From Candidatus Latescibacterota bacterium (GTDB lineage: Bacteria; Krumholzibacteriota; Krumholzibacteriia; WVZY01), in NCBI GenBank assembly GCA_963791045.1, contig CAWBQK010000007.1, positions 128,001 to 192,000 on the forward strand: a stretch of DNA of 64,000 nucleotides, written 5' to 3'. Below are positions 1-10,048 of this stretch, one piece after another (the stretch's first letter is position 1; the number at the start of each line of letters is the position of its first letter). The position numbers and the translations under genes are program-made. The notes below the pieces were generated by a model. That model had not been told where the DNA came from, searched no databases, and worked only from the letters and a program-made list of their open reading frames with translations.

Positions 1-1
1 A

Positions 2-1951
2 ATGGGTCTCATAATAAAGGATTTTCCCGGCCCGAGGTTTTTTGAACGCGACGGGCTGCCGAGCGAACTGGTTCACGCGGTGTTTCCCGACGGCGACCGT
101 GTGTGGGTGGCCACCGATGAAGGGCTGGTTTTTCTGGACAAGTTTGGGTTTATCCAAAACCCAACCGACACATCGTTTGCCTGTTATGCAATCGCGAAAA
201 CGGATACGGCGATCTGGGTCGGAACCGACACCGGGGTCGCATACCTTAAGCAAGGGTCCGAAGACTGGGTGCATACGCAGCTCGAGCCGGATCCGCGGCC
301 TGTGTTTTCTTTGGCGTACGACGGCGCCGGAGGCAAGCTGTGGGCGGGAGCGCGTGCCCGTTTCTACTGGTATGACGGGGCCGTTTGGGAAAAGAACGAC
401 ATCTTTGGTCTTTACGGAACCTATGCATTGAACAATCGAATCTGCGAACTCCGCGGACTTCAGCCGATGCCCGACGGTTCGCTCTTTCTTGGCGGCGGCG
501 ATCCCGTATCTCAACGGCGCGGCGTCCACCTCGTATTCTTTGACGGCGCCGAGAAGACACAGATTCCATTCAATGGAATCATTATGAACGGCCTTCTGCG
601 AATCAACTTTGACCTGGACGAGTCGCTGTGGATCTCGACGGCGAACTTTGGTGTAGCCAAGTTTACGCCGGATGGTGACTGGTTCGCCTACAACTCGGTA
701 ACGGGCGATACGGATATGACGTCGCGATTCAACCTCTCGCTTCTCGCCGACTCGCAAGGATCGAAATGGTTTTGCACTCTCTCGTATCCGGCCAACCCCA
801 AACCGATCGATGAACTCGATGACGGTCTCGACACCGACTACGAAAATGACGTATGGGCGCACTACGGGATTGGCGACGGCGGCGGGGACGGACTCGGATC
901 GGTCCGCAACCAGGACGCGACCGAAGACCCGGTGGGAAATCGATGGTTCCTCTCGGACGAGGATTCCGAGAACGCCCCGGGCTGGTGGGGAATCAACATA
1001 CTGAGCCGGGACAAATCGGCATGGCGCCAGATCAACCCGGTGACGACCGATCCCAGCGGGCAGCTCGGCGGGATGAAAGCCGGGAATGTGACGGACGTCG
1101 CCTTTGGTCCGGAGGGGCTGGTCTACGTCGGGCTGAAAGGGTACGGCGTACAGTTGTGGGTTACCGGCGGCCTCGATCAGGACAATCTCTTTGATCTTAC
1201 CGACGACAATTGGTTGACGATCGCGCGAGTGGGAGATCGGAACGGCATCGAATCCGGGGCCAGCATACTCTCCCTCGCCCTGCGCGACGACGGTGTGTTG
1301 TGGATCGGCACCGATGCTGGAATCTACCGGTATCAGAGCGGCACGCTGATCCACATTGCAGCCAATCGCGGGTTCGGAGTCGGACTTCTCGGGACCAACG
1401 CCAACGATCTCGTTCTCGATCGAGGGGACAATCTTTGGGTTGGGACGGATCTCGGGCTCAATCGGATCGCCAGCGATAACATTAACGACATTGCGTCTTA
1501 TACGACGCCGATCATCTGGCAAACACAACTGAGCTTGTTTTTCCCGCCGACAGTCGTGTCTCCGATCGTGGATGCTTATTGCGAGCGACTCGCGTTGCAC
1601 CCTTCGGAGGATCTGCTGTACATCGCCACACGCAACGGACTTTCTAAACTGGATATCGCCGCGCTGGAGAACAGGGAAACGGACCTGTCGAAGGTCTACG
1701 TCTACCCGAATCCGGTGAGCGCCGCCAAGGGGCATGTATCGCTCAAGATCGCAAATATCAACACTGAAGTTGATGTGGAGATTTATACGCTCGAAGGTGA
1801 ATTGGTCCATACGCAGCGTGTGAGCGAATCCGAGGAGGCGGTATGGGATTTGACCACAAAGACGGGTTTTCTCGCCTCGAGCGGCGTCTATGTGGTACGC
1901 ATCACCGGTTCCGAGGGGACTGTCGTCAAGATGGTGTCACTGATCCGTTAG
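2..1951 (+). CDS. PorZ-like beta-propeller protein with T9SS type-A C-terminal sorting domain (probably 5'-truncated by the window edge)
   Basis: Repeated 'D..G.lWvGT..Gl' propeller blades. The C-terminus 'VYVYPNPV...VEIYTLEGELV...WDL...ASSGVYVVRI...KMVSLIR' has the T9SS CTD pattern. Confidence 0.75.
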   Translation: MGLIIKDFPGPRFFERDGLPSELVHAVFPDGDRVWVATDEGLVFLDKFGFIQNPTDTSFACYAIAKTDTAIWVGTDTGVAYLKQGSEDWVHTQLEPDPRPVFSLAYDGAGGKLWAGARARFYWYDGAVWEKNDIFGLYGTYALNNRICELRGLQPMPDGSLFLGGGDPVSQRRGVHLVFFDGAEKTQIPFNGIIMNGLLRINFDLDESLWISTANFGVAKFTPDGDWFAYNSVTGDTDMTSRFNLSLLADSQGSKWFCTLSYPANPKPIDELDDGLDTDYENDVWAHYGIGDGGGDGLGSVRNQDATEDPVGNRWFLSDEDSENAPGWWGINILSRDKSAWRQINPVTTDPSGQLGGMKAGNVTDVAFGPEGLVYVGLKGYGVQLWVTGGLDQDNLFDLTDDNWLTIARVGDRNGIESGASILSLALRDDGVLWIGTDAGIYRYQSGTLIHIAANRGFGVGLLGTNANDLVLDRGDNLWVGTDLGLNRIASDNINDIASYTTPIIWQTQLSLFFPPTVVSPIVDAYCERLALHPSEDLLYIATRNGLSKLDIAALENRETDLSKVYVYPNPVSAAKGHVSLKIANINTEVDVEIYTLEGELVHTQRVSESEEAVWDLTTKTGFLASSGVYVVRITGSEGTVVKMVSLIR

Positions 1952-1977
1952 CGGGGTTGGGTCGAGGTGGTCGGCAC

Positions 1978-2005
1978 ATGACAAAAACTGTATTTAAATT
2001 ATATT
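1978..2005 (+). promoter_or_regulatory. Possible sigma70-type promoter for the glycan locus
   Basis: ATGACA-N16-TATATT in an AT-rich patch just upstream of ATG 2034. Confidence 0.35.
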
Positions 2006-2033
2006 GTTTCAATCGCGGGGCGTTTGCATTTCC

Positions 2034-3455
2034 ATGTCAAAACGAGTTTTAATAATCGGCGCCGGTGAAGCCGGGCGAATGGTCGCCCGCGAAATCAAGG
2101 CTACGCCGGACAGCGGTCTCGTCGTCGACGGATTTCTCGACGATGACGCGTCTTTGCACGGCAAAGAATTCGACGGTTACTCCGTTCTGGGGCCCTGTGA
2201 CAGGCTTGCCGAACTCGCCGGTCCCAGGCAAATCGACCAGGCGATTATTGCGGTTCCAACGGGCTCGCGCGATTTTGTCAGGCGGGTAATCGTGCTGTGC
2301 CGGGACGCGGGGATTTCTTTCAAGATCGTTCCCGGAGTAATAGAGATCATCGAGGGGCCCGTGCGCCTCGAACAGATTCGCGACGTGCACCCCGAGGATC
2401 TCCTCGGAAGAGAGTCGGTCGAGTTCGACGAACGCGAGATCGCAAAGGATCTCGCCGGCCGCCGTATCATGGTCACGGGCGCCGGCGGATCGATCGGTGG
2501 CGAGTTATGTCGTCAGATCGGCCGGTTCGATCTGGCTGAACTCCAGCTTCTCGGTCGCGGCGAGAACCAGATTTTTGAAATCGAACAACAGCTGCGAAGG
2601 CTTTATCCGTCACTTGCCGTTACGGCAATAATTGCGGACATCCGTGACGCCGTCGGTCTTGATCGGGTCGTAAAGCGCCACAACCCCGACTGCGTGTATC
2701 ACACCGCGGCCCACAAGCATGTTCATTACATGGAGGCGTTTCCCGTCGAAGCGGTTGTGAACAACGTGTTCGGTACGCTCAACCTTATCCGCGCGGCGCA
2801 AAACTCGCTCGTCGGCCGGGTTGTCATGATATCGACCGACAAGGCTGTCAATCCCGAAGGCGTGATGGGCGCGACCAAGCGAGTGGCCGAATTTATAATG
2901 ACGGATCTTGCCGGAGAGTCCGAGAAGACCAGGCTTCTAAGCGTTCGATTTGGAAACGTTCTTGGTAGCCGTGGAAGCGTTGTTCCGCTTTTTATGGATC
3001 AGATTCGCGCAGGCGGACCGGTTACGGTCAGCGATCCGAACGCGACGCGGTTTTTTATGTCGCTGAAGGAAGCCTGCATGCTGGTCGTTCAGGCATCCCT
3101 GATGGGCAACGGCGGCGAGATTTACGTTTTGAGAATGGGAACGCCCGTCAAGATCATGGAGATGGCCAAGGACTTGATCGCGCTCCACGGTCTTCGTCCC
3201 GGCGTCGATTTGAAGATCGATATAGTCGGGCTCCGCCCAGGTGAAAAGCTCCACGAAGATCTCACCGTGGGTGGTGAGGCGGTTACCGAATCGGCGCACA
3301 GCAATATTGTCACGGCGCATCCGACGCTTCCGGATGATTGGAATCTCGACGCCGTGCTCGGAAAATTACACGGTCTGGTAGATCAGGGAAACGAAGAAGG
3401 TATTCGTTCGTATCTGGGGGAACTGATTCCAGACTCACAGATTGTCGGGAATTGA
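2034..3455 (+). CDS. Polysaccharide biosynthesis NDP-sugar 4,6-dehydratase (CapD/PglF/WbpM family), no N-terminal membrane domain
   Basis: CoA-binding-like 'IIGAGEAG' domain, 'TGAGGSIG', 'AAHKHV', 'STDKAVNP..MGATKR', 'RFGNVLGSRGSV', 'GLRPGEKLHE'. Confidence 0.9.
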   Translation: MSKRVLIIGAGEAGRMVAREIKATPDSGLVVDGFLDDDASLHGKEFDGYSVLGPCDRLAELAGPRQIDQAIIAVPTGSRDFVRRVIVLCRDAGISFKIVPGVIEIIEGPVRLEQIRDVHPEDLLGRESVEFDEREIAKDLAGRRIMVTGAGGSIGGELCRQIGRFDLAELQLLGRGENQIFEIEQQLRRLYPSLAVTAIIADIRDAVGLDRVVKRHNPDCVYHTAAHKHVHYMEAFPVEAVVNNVFGTLNLIRAAQNSLVGRVVMISTDKAVNPEGVMGATKRVAEFIMTDLAGESEKTRLLSVRFGNVLGSRGSVVPLFMDQIRAGGPVTVSDPNATRFFMSLKEACMLVVQASLMGNGGEIYVLRMGTPVKIMEMAKDLIALHGLRPGVDLKIDIVGLRPGEKLHEDLTVGGEAVTESAHSNIVTAHPTLPDDWNLDAVLGKLHGLVDQGNEEGIRSYLGELIPDSQIVGN

Positions 3456-3494
3456 TTCCGTGACGTCATAACACCAATCGAATTCGCAATCAAG

Positions 3495-4703
3495 ATGATG
3501 ACAAACAACAAAGATCTGCCGGCGGTAGAAGGGGGCGTCCCGGTTCGGGAAAGCGTCCTGCCTTTTTTCAGGCCTTCCGTCGATGAATCGGATATCGAAA
3601 GTGTTGCCGACACGATTCGTTCCGGTTGGCTCACGCTGGGGCCCGTGACCGAGTCGCTCGAAAACGAAATTCGCCGGTATATCGGCTGTTCACATGTTGT
3701 CGCGGTGAGTTCATGCAGTGCGGCGATGTTTCTCGGGCTGAAGGCGTTGGGTGTGGGGCCGTCCGATGAGGTGATTACCTCTCCATTGACCTTTGCATCC
3801 ACGGTTCACGCGATAATCCATACCGGCGCCACACCGGTGCTCGCCGATATCGAAGCGAATTCGTTTTGTATATCCCCCGACGAACTCGAGAAGAAAACCA
3901 CGGCGAAAACAAAAGCGTATCTCCCCGTCCATTTCGGCGGCCAGGCGTGCCGGATCGACGATGTCCTTTCGCTGGCGGCGGAGAAGGGGGTTCGTGTGCT
4001 CGAGGATTCCGCCCATAGTTTCGGGGCGCTCGCCGGTGGCCGCAAGGTAGGTTCCTTCGGCGATATGGCGGCCTTCAGTTTCTATGCGACAAAAAACTTT
4101 ACGTCGGGTGACGGCGGTTGTATTGCGACGGGGGACGAGGAAATCGCCGAACGTATCCGGCTCCTCTCGTACCACGGGATGTCCCGCGATGGTTGGGCGC
4201 GTTACGCCGATCGCGGATCGTGGTATTACGAGGTGACCGAGGCGGGGTTCAAATTCAACATGAGCGACGTTCTCTCGGCGCTCGGTCTTGCGCAGTTGAA
4301 GAAAATCGACTTGATGACGGATGGGCGGAGGGCGGCTGCGGAGAGGTATACGGAGCTTTTGGAGGATTCGCCGTATTTCGAACTCCCGCGGGAGCTCCCC
4401 GGCAACGCGCACACGTGGCATCTTTTTGTGATCAGAATCAACGCCGAGAAACTTCGTATCGACAGGGACGAGTTTATTCGTGCGCTGGCCGCCGAGAATA
4501 TCGGATGTTCGGTTCACTTTATACCCATATACGTTCATCCATTCTTCGAGCCGTATCGCCGATCCGGGGAATCTTTCCCGGTTTGCGATGATTTTTTCTC
4601 GAGGTGTATTTCACTTCCGATGTTCCCATCGATGGAGGATCGGGATGTCGATGATGTGGTTCGGGCTCTCACCCGGATTGCGTCGTTCTATGCGAAAGAC
4701 TGA
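3495..4703 (+). CDS. DegT/DnrJ/EryC1/StrS family PLP-dependent sugar aminotransferase
   Basis: 'EDSAHSFG', 'FSFYATKNF.SGDGG', 'GFKFNMSD' motifs. Confidence 0.92.
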   Translation: MMTNNKDLPAVEGGVPVRESVLPFFRPSVDESDIESVADTIRSGWLTLGPVTESLENEIRRYIGCSHVVAVSSCSAAMFLGLKALGVGPSDEVITSPLTFASTVHAIIHTGATPVLADIEANSFCISPDELEKKTTAKTKAYLPVHFGGQACRIDDVLSLAAEKGVRVLEDSAHSFGALAGGRKVGSFGDMAAFSFYATKNFTSGDGGCIATGDEEIAERIRLLSYHGMSRDGWARYADRGSWYYEVTEAGFKFNMSDVLSALGLAQLKKIDLMTDGRRAAAERYTELLEDSPYFELPRELPGNAHTWHLFVIRINAEKLRIDRDEFIRALAAENIGCSVHFIPIYVHPFFEPYRRSGESFPVCDDFFSRCISLPMFPSMEDRDVDDVVRALTRIASFYAKD

Positions 4704-5665
4704 TGCAAGTAGACCGTATTGACCGATTTTCGCCGGACCTCGATGAATTCGCCGTCAACTCCCCCGACGCGACATTTTATCATTCGAGCACATGGATCGA
4801 GTGTCTCGCCCGCGCGTTTCCCGCAATGAGGTTTGAATGCCTCGTGGCGAAAAGCGGAACGGAACTTCTCGGATATCTCCCATACTTCATAGTGAAAAAA
4901 GGACCGCTTCGAGCGGCGTGGTCGCTTCCATTTGGAACCTATGGCGGACCCGTCGTGGGCGACAACGATGAGGCGGCCCGATCACTTCTAGCCTCTTTCT
5001 GGGAGCTAAAAAAACGAGGCGGTATCCACGAGGTTGGCCTCGTGGATTTTTCGAACCGGTTTGTCGAAAGCGGATCCGGCGGAATCGAAGAAACAACGCA
5101 CATCCTTGACTTGAGCGAGGATTTCGATTCGCTCCAGGCGAGCCGTTTTGAGAAATCCAAACGGCGACAGGCGCGAAAAGCCCACCGGGAGGGCGTCCGC
5201 GTCACTGAGGCGCGTACGGTGGAAGAGGTGCTGCGGTACTATGAGATCTATGCGCGCCGAACGGAGGAGTGGAACGAACGGTTTCGTTATCCAGATCGTT
5301 TCTTTGCCGAACTCTTCGAACGGGGAAACGGTCGAGTCCGGCTTTTTCTCGCGCGCGACGGAGACGAACTCGTCGGCGGACATCTCAACTTTTATTTCAA
5401 AGATACTGTGATTGCGTGGAACGGGGTGACCGCGGGCCCCGGTGGCGGATCACAGGCGAGCACGCTGCTCTACAACGAATGTATCCGCCACGCGTGTGAA
5501 AACGGTTTCCGCTATTACAATCTTGGTGGTAGTCTCGGCAAGCAGTCGCTGGTCGAGTACAAGGAGTCAATAGGCGGTGTTCTTTTCCGGTACCGGACGG
5601 CCCGTTGGCGATCGTTGGGAGGAAAGGTGGCTTCGACATTGAAGGGATTCGTGCCGAGGCGCTGA
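4703..5665 (+). CDS. FemAB-like GNAT acyl/aminoacyl transferase
   Basis: 'ATFYHS..W', 'SLPFGTYGG', 'RRQARKA..GV', 'YNLGGS...L..YKESIG' pattern. Starts by TGATG overlap with the upstream gene. Confidence 0.75.
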   Translation: MQVDRIDRFSPDLDEFAVNSPDATFYHSSTWIECLARAFPAMRFECLVAKSGTELLGYLPYFIVKKGPLRAAWSLPFGTYGGPVVGDNDEAARSLLASFWELKKRGGIHEVGLVDFSNRFVESGSGGIEETTHILDLSEDFDSLQASRFEKSKRRQARKAHREGVRVTEARTVEEVLRYYEIYARRTEEWNERFRYPDRFFAELFERGNGRVRLFLARDGDELVGGHLNFYFKDTVIAWNGVTAGPGGGSQASTLLYNECIRHACENGFRYYNLGGSLGKQSLVEYKESIGGVLFRYRTARWRSLGGKVASTLKGFVPRR

Positions 5666-5668
5666 TAC

Positions 5669-7216
5669 ATGCAATACGATGCCGATAATCAAAGGGGAAA
5701 ATCGAGGTTTGTTTCGAACGCGGTGGCCCTCGTTTTTCAGACGGTCGTGGCCACGCTTCTCACATTGGTTCAGATCAAACTTCTCGCCAACTATCTTTCC
5801 AAAGATGACTTCGGCCTGTTCGCTTCCCTGAGAGGTTTTTCGCTTCTTCTCGCCGCGCTTGCCGCAAACGGGCTGCCCCAGCTTCTCATCCGCTTCATCC
5901 CCGTTCACGAAACCAACAAGGCGCGGAGAAACGTCCTCCGGTTCGCCGTCAGCTGTTTCGCTGGATCGACGCTTCTTCTCGTCGCGGTGGTTGCCGTCGT
6001 TCAGGTGCTGCGACGTTGGACGTTTGATTTTGTCCCATCCGACGTGCTTACCAGCGGCTTTTACATTTGGTTTTATGCGACGACCCTCGGTGTAATGCTA
6101 AAGCTCATCCTTTATGGAGGGTTGAACGGGCTGAGGCGCCTGTCGGTACAGGTGCTCCTCGAGACCCTGTCACTGGCGTTGATTTTGGGGTGGATAATTG
6201 CGGCGCGGGAAACGCTGACGATCACCGGCTTGTTCAGGATTCTCGGCGTCGTCAACCTCGTCACGGTCGTCATTGGTCTGCCGGTGTTTTTTGCCGCATT
6301 GTTCAAAACGACGGCGCCGGCAGGGGACGAACGTGCGCGGGTTTCCCGGGGTGACGGTCACGGGTATGCGTCGTATCTGTGGTGGGCGGTCGGCTTGAGC
6401 TTTGTGGCGCTGGCGTTCACGGATGTCGACCGTTACCTGCTCGCCCAGGTGATTTCACTGGAACTGCTCGCGCTCTTCCATATCGGAGCGAGGATCGCGC
6501 GCCTCGCCAACCGGATTCTCGGCGTGGCGAATCTCGCCTTTCAACCCGAAATGACACGACTGGACACCGAGGGCCGGAATGCCCGGGTCGCCCAGTCGAC
6601 GATGATTTTCCTGAAGTTCAACACCACGGTCGCGATGTTGATGGCGGCCACGATCGTCGTATTCGCGCGAGAGATAATCGTCGTTGTTGCGAGCGACGCT
6701 TACACGCCGGCGGTTCCGCTCTTGATGATCCTCGCCTTGTCTCTTCCGCTTACGACCATGACGGCGCCGATCACTTCTGTCATGAAAGCCATCGACCAGG
6801 TGAAAGAGGCGTTGTACTGCGACCTCGTCTGGGCCGCATCTTATATTGTTCTCATGTTGGCGCTCGCTCCGGCGATCGGCCTCATCGGCATCGGCTTAGC
6901 GCAGCTAATCGCCTGTCTGGCTCAGCTTTTGCTTGCCGTAACTATTTCCAGGTTGCCAATCGACAACCGTCATCTGTGGCGTTTTCTCTCGCGTTTCGTG
7001 CTGGTCACCGCCGTGTCGTTTTCGCCCGCCCTTGTGGCCGGCGAGTTGCTCGGGCTGCCGCTGGTAGCGAAGACTGCGGCTTTTGTGGTCGGCCTTCTTG
7101 TGTTTCGATGGATTCTGAGGCGGGTCGGCGTTTACGACAAGTCCGAGCGGGACGCGCTCGTCGCGCTTCTCGAAGACAGACGAATGGGAATCATCGGCAA
7201 AGTGATCGGAGTCTGA
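5669..7216 (+). CDS. Oligosaccharide flippase (Wzx/MATE-like)
   Basis: Many hydrophobic segments, 'L..YLSKDDFG.F' and 'DVDRYLL' motifs, glycan-locus context. Confidence 0.8.
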   Translation: MQYDADNQRGKSRFVSNAVALVFQTVVATLLTLVQIKLLANYLSKDDFGLFASLRGFSLLLAALAANGLPQLLIRFIPVHETNKARRNVLRFAVSCFAGSTLLLVAVVAVVQVLRRWTFDFVPSDVLTSGFYIWFYATTLGVMLKLILYGGLNGLRRLSVQVLLETLSLALILGWIIAARETLTITGLFRILGVVNLVTVVIGLPVFFAALFKTTAPAGDERARVSRGDGHGYASYLWWAVGLSFVALAFTDVDRYLLAQVISLELLALFHIGARIARLANRILGVANLAFQPEMTRLDTEGRNARVAQSTMIFLKFNTTVAMLMAATIVVFAREIIVVVASDAYTPAVPLLMILALSLPLTTMTAPITSVMKAIDQVKEALYCDLVWAASYIVLMLALAPAIGLIGIGLAQLIACLAQLLLAVTISRLPIDNRHLWRFLSRFVLVTAVSFSPALVAGELLGLPLVAKTAAFVVGLLVFRWILRRVGVYDKSERDALVALLEDRRMGIIGKVIGV

Positions 7217-7224
7217 TCGTCTCG

Positions 7225-8538
7225 ATGAAAAACGTTCTCATGATAATTCCGTTCTTCCCGCCGAACGCGGGGGGTGGCGTTTACCGGCCGCTTGGATTTG
7301 TCAAGTACCTGCGAGAGTATGGGTGGCGGCCGACAGTAATTACGATGGAGTCGGGATCGTTCTGGATCGGGGACAAGAGTCTGATGCTCGATGTTCCGGC
7401 CGAGTGCCGGGTCGTCCGGACAAAAGCACTCAGCGGTCAGTACATTCTGTCGCTCGCGCGGCGGAACAAGACGACGGAGCCCGTGCCCGATCGACCGACA
7501 TCGAGCCAGGTCAGGTCTTCCAGACGTTTTGGTTTTCTGAGAACAATCGGGGCGACCGTACTCGTTCCCGACACATACGTCGGCTGGTATCCTTTCGCCC
7601 TGCGTGCCGCCCTCGACGCGGTAAGGGAAGGGAGTATTGACGCGATCTACTCGACGTCGCCGCCTGAGACCAGCCATCTGATCGCGTCGCGGATCCACGA
7701 GAAAACCGGAATCCCCTGGGTTGCCGATTTCAGGGATCCGTGGATGAACCTGTATCTTCTTCCGCACCCGACGCCGCTCCACGGGATGGTTCATCGCCGG
7801 CTGGAAAAAAGGATCTGCTCGCGCGCGTCAACCATCGTCACGAATCTCTGGCACCGAGATCTTCTGCGGGAAAAATATCCGTCGATCGGCGAGGTCGGGT
7901 TGATTCGCAACGGATATGACCCGTCCCACGTGGCGCCGGTGATGAATCTGGCGCCGCCGGCGGATCGGTTCCGCATCGTTCACGCTGGGATGCTTACACA
8001 GAAGAGAAGCGCCGTTCCTTTCTTAAGAGCGCTCAAGATGTTTATTGACCGGGTGCCTGAGGCGAGAGACGTTTGCAGTGTGGAGTTTTTTGGACCCAGG
8101 GAAAGCGAAAACGACGACGCCGTGTCCGAACTCGGGCTCGAAGGGATCGTCGAATTCAAGGACACCGTCACGCACGACCAGGCGTTGAAAATCGAGAGGT
8201 CCTCCCATATACTGCTCCTCATAAAACACACCGACCCCGTCTACAACGGAATCATACCGGGAAAACTCTTCGAGTACATCGGAGTCCGCCGCCCGATCCT
8301 TGCGTTGGTTCCCGATGGCGAGGCGGGGGATATTGTCAAAAGACTCGGCCGTGGAGAAGTTGTTTCGCAGGAAGACACGGAAAAGGTCGCGTCAAAACTC
8401 CGGTCGCTTTACGAGAGATTTCGTGAGGGTGTCCTCGATACCCACTATGATCTCTCGCAGGTCGATGAATTCCGGCGCGATGTCCTTACTGAAAAGCTTG
8501 CGCAAAAACTTGATTCTCTTGTCAACGAGAGGAATTAG
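7225..8538 (+). CDS. Glycosyltransferase family 4
   Basis: 'FFPP.AGGGV.R', 'STSPP', 'WVADFRDPW', 'PGKLFEYIG'. The real start is ATG 7225, not the upstream ORF extension. Confidence 0.85.
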   Translation: MKNVLMIIPFFPPNAGGGVYRPLGFVKYLREYGWRPTVITMESGSFWIGDKSLMLDVPAECRVVRTKALSGQYILSLARRNKTTEPVPDRPTSSQVRSSRRFGFLRTIGATVLVPDTYVGWYPFALRAALDAVREGSIDAIYSTSPPETSHLIASRIHEKTGIPWVADFRDPWMNLYLLPHPTPLHGMVHRRLEKRICSRASTIVTNLWHRDLLREKYPSIGEVGLIRNGYDPSHVAPVMNLAPPADRFRIVHAGMLTQKRSAVPFLRALKMFIDRVPEARDVCSVEFFGPRESENDDAVSELGLEGIVEFKDTVTHDQALKIERSSHILLLIKHTDPVYNGIIPGKLFEYIGVRRPILALVPDGEAGDIVKRLGRGEVVSQEDTEKVASKLRSLYERFREGVLDTHYDLSQVDEFRRDVLTEKLAQKLDSLVNERN

Positions 8539-8539
8539 A

Positions 8540-10048
8540 TTGTCGCCGCGTATTATCGGATCGCTGGTTGTTCCAATGCTCGTTTTTCTCGTCTTGCTGC
8601 TGCCGTTGGCGGATGGGTTTACCGATGATGGTTACATCCATATTCAGTACGCGCGTAATATCGTCGAACACGGCGAATACAGCTTCAACCCGGGCGAGGT
8701 CTCGTTCGGGACGACGAGTCCGCTGTGGGTGATGGTGCAGGCCGCCTTTGCAACCTTTGTCGGAACCGGCGAAAACCTGATTGTGACGAGCCGTATAATG
8801 TCGTGGCTCTGTGGTTTCCTGTCGATCGCGGCGATGTTTTTTCTCGCCCGGATGCTTGGTCTCGGCGTCCTCATGTCGTTTTGTGCGTCTCTCGTGCTCG
8901 CGTCGCACACGTGGTTTGTCCGCTGGACGGCTTTGAGTATGGAAACGTCCGCCGCGGTACTCGCTATTATCGCCGTCGGGATCGTTTCGGTGAAGGCTTT
9001 CGACAGCCGCCGGCACGCCGCGCTGCTTGGTTTCTTTATGGCCCTCTCGGCGCTCGTGCGCCCGGAGGCGTACCTTCTTTTTCCGGTCTACATCGGGGTC
9101 GTTATACTCCGGGGCCGTCGGAATGACGCGGGATGCGTGGCTCGGACGGTGGTAATGTCCGCGCTTCTTCTTGGGCCGTGGCTCGTTTTTGCGAAGTATC
9201 ACATCGGGAGATTCCTTCCCAACACGGCCGGGGCAAAGAGCGGCGGTTTGATTCTAGACCCCACCACGTTCATTAAGAAATTTCTGCCGATCGTCAAAAT
9301 TGTGGGGAGCGCCGAAGGTGTGCTCGCTTTGATCGTGGTGGCCACGCTCGTTCTTTGCGCGAGGAGGACGCGGATCTTGTCGGACACCCACCGGTTTCTT
9401 CTTCTCTGGGTGATTGCGCTTCCCGTTGCCTATGTCGTGTTCGATATTCAGGTGCTGTCGCGTTACATGCTCTTGACGACACCGTTCGTGATCGTGTTGG
9501 GACTGAGTGCGTTGGAAGAGTGGATCGAGAGGTACGGTATCGAATGGACACGGCGCGTTGTCCCGGTTGCCGTGGCGGTGATAACCCTCGCCATCAATGT
9601 CGCTTTCTATTTCACGGTTGTCGTTCCACCCTCCAGGGCGTTTACCGAGGACCTTACGTTCAACTTGAAAGAACTCGGGACGTACATCAATGCCAATTCT
9701 AGTGAAGACGCGGTTGTCGCCGCGGCCGATATCGGCTACCTTGCGTTTTATTCAAAGCGATGGGTGCTCGACCTCGGTGGTCTCGTCGACAACGAAACGC
9801 TCGCGCTACGCGAAACCAACACGTACGAAGAGATCGTCGACAAGGGCCTCTATCTTGATTTGCCGAAGTACCCGCGGGTAGATTTCTTCATCGACAGGGT
9901 CCTCATTGCAAATCGATTCGATGGAAAAATTCTCCGCGGATACCGTTTCGAGAGCATACGTCTGACGGAAGTGCGCAATCTTGGAATTCGTAAACCGGGC
10001 CCCTACTTTTACACCCTTTACCGACTGACACGCGTTGAAGATGACTGA
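8540..10048 (+). CDS. Polytopic GT-C-fold glycosyltransferase-like membrane protein
   Basis: 'TDDGYIH..YARN..G..FNPGE..GTTSPLW', 'MET', 'RPE', 'PNT..AK', 'DIG..AFYS...DL.GL'. TTG start after AGAGGA. Confidence 0.7.
   Translation: MSPRIIGSLVVPMLVFLVLLLPLADGFTDDGYIHIQYARNIVEHGEYSFNPGEVSFGTTSPLWVMVQAAFATFVGTGENLIVTSRIMSWLCGFLSIAAMFFLARMLGLGVLMSFCASLVLASHTWFVRWTALSMETSAAVLAIIAVGIVSVKAFDSRRHAALLGFFMALSALVRPEAYLLFPVYIGVVILRGRRNDAGCVARTVVMSALLLGPWLVFAKYHIGRFLPNTAGAKSGGLILDPTTFIKKFLPIVKIVGSAEGVLALIVVATLVLCARRTRILSDTHRFLLLWVIALPVAYVVFDIQVLSRYMLLTTPFVIVLGLSALEEWIERYGIEWTRRVVPVAVAVITLAINVAFYFTVVVPPSRAFTEDLTFNLKELGTYINANSSEDAVVAAADIGYLAFYSKRWVLDLGGLVDNETLALRETNTYEEIVDKGLYLDLPKYPRVDFFIDRVLIANRFDGKILRGYRFESIRLTEVRNLGIRKPGPYFYTLYRLTRVEDD

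Noticed and set aside
6379-7224. N-terminal extension of the 719-aa ORF
   Set aside because: It is an off-frame overlap of the flippase gene. GT4 similarity begins at ATG 7225.
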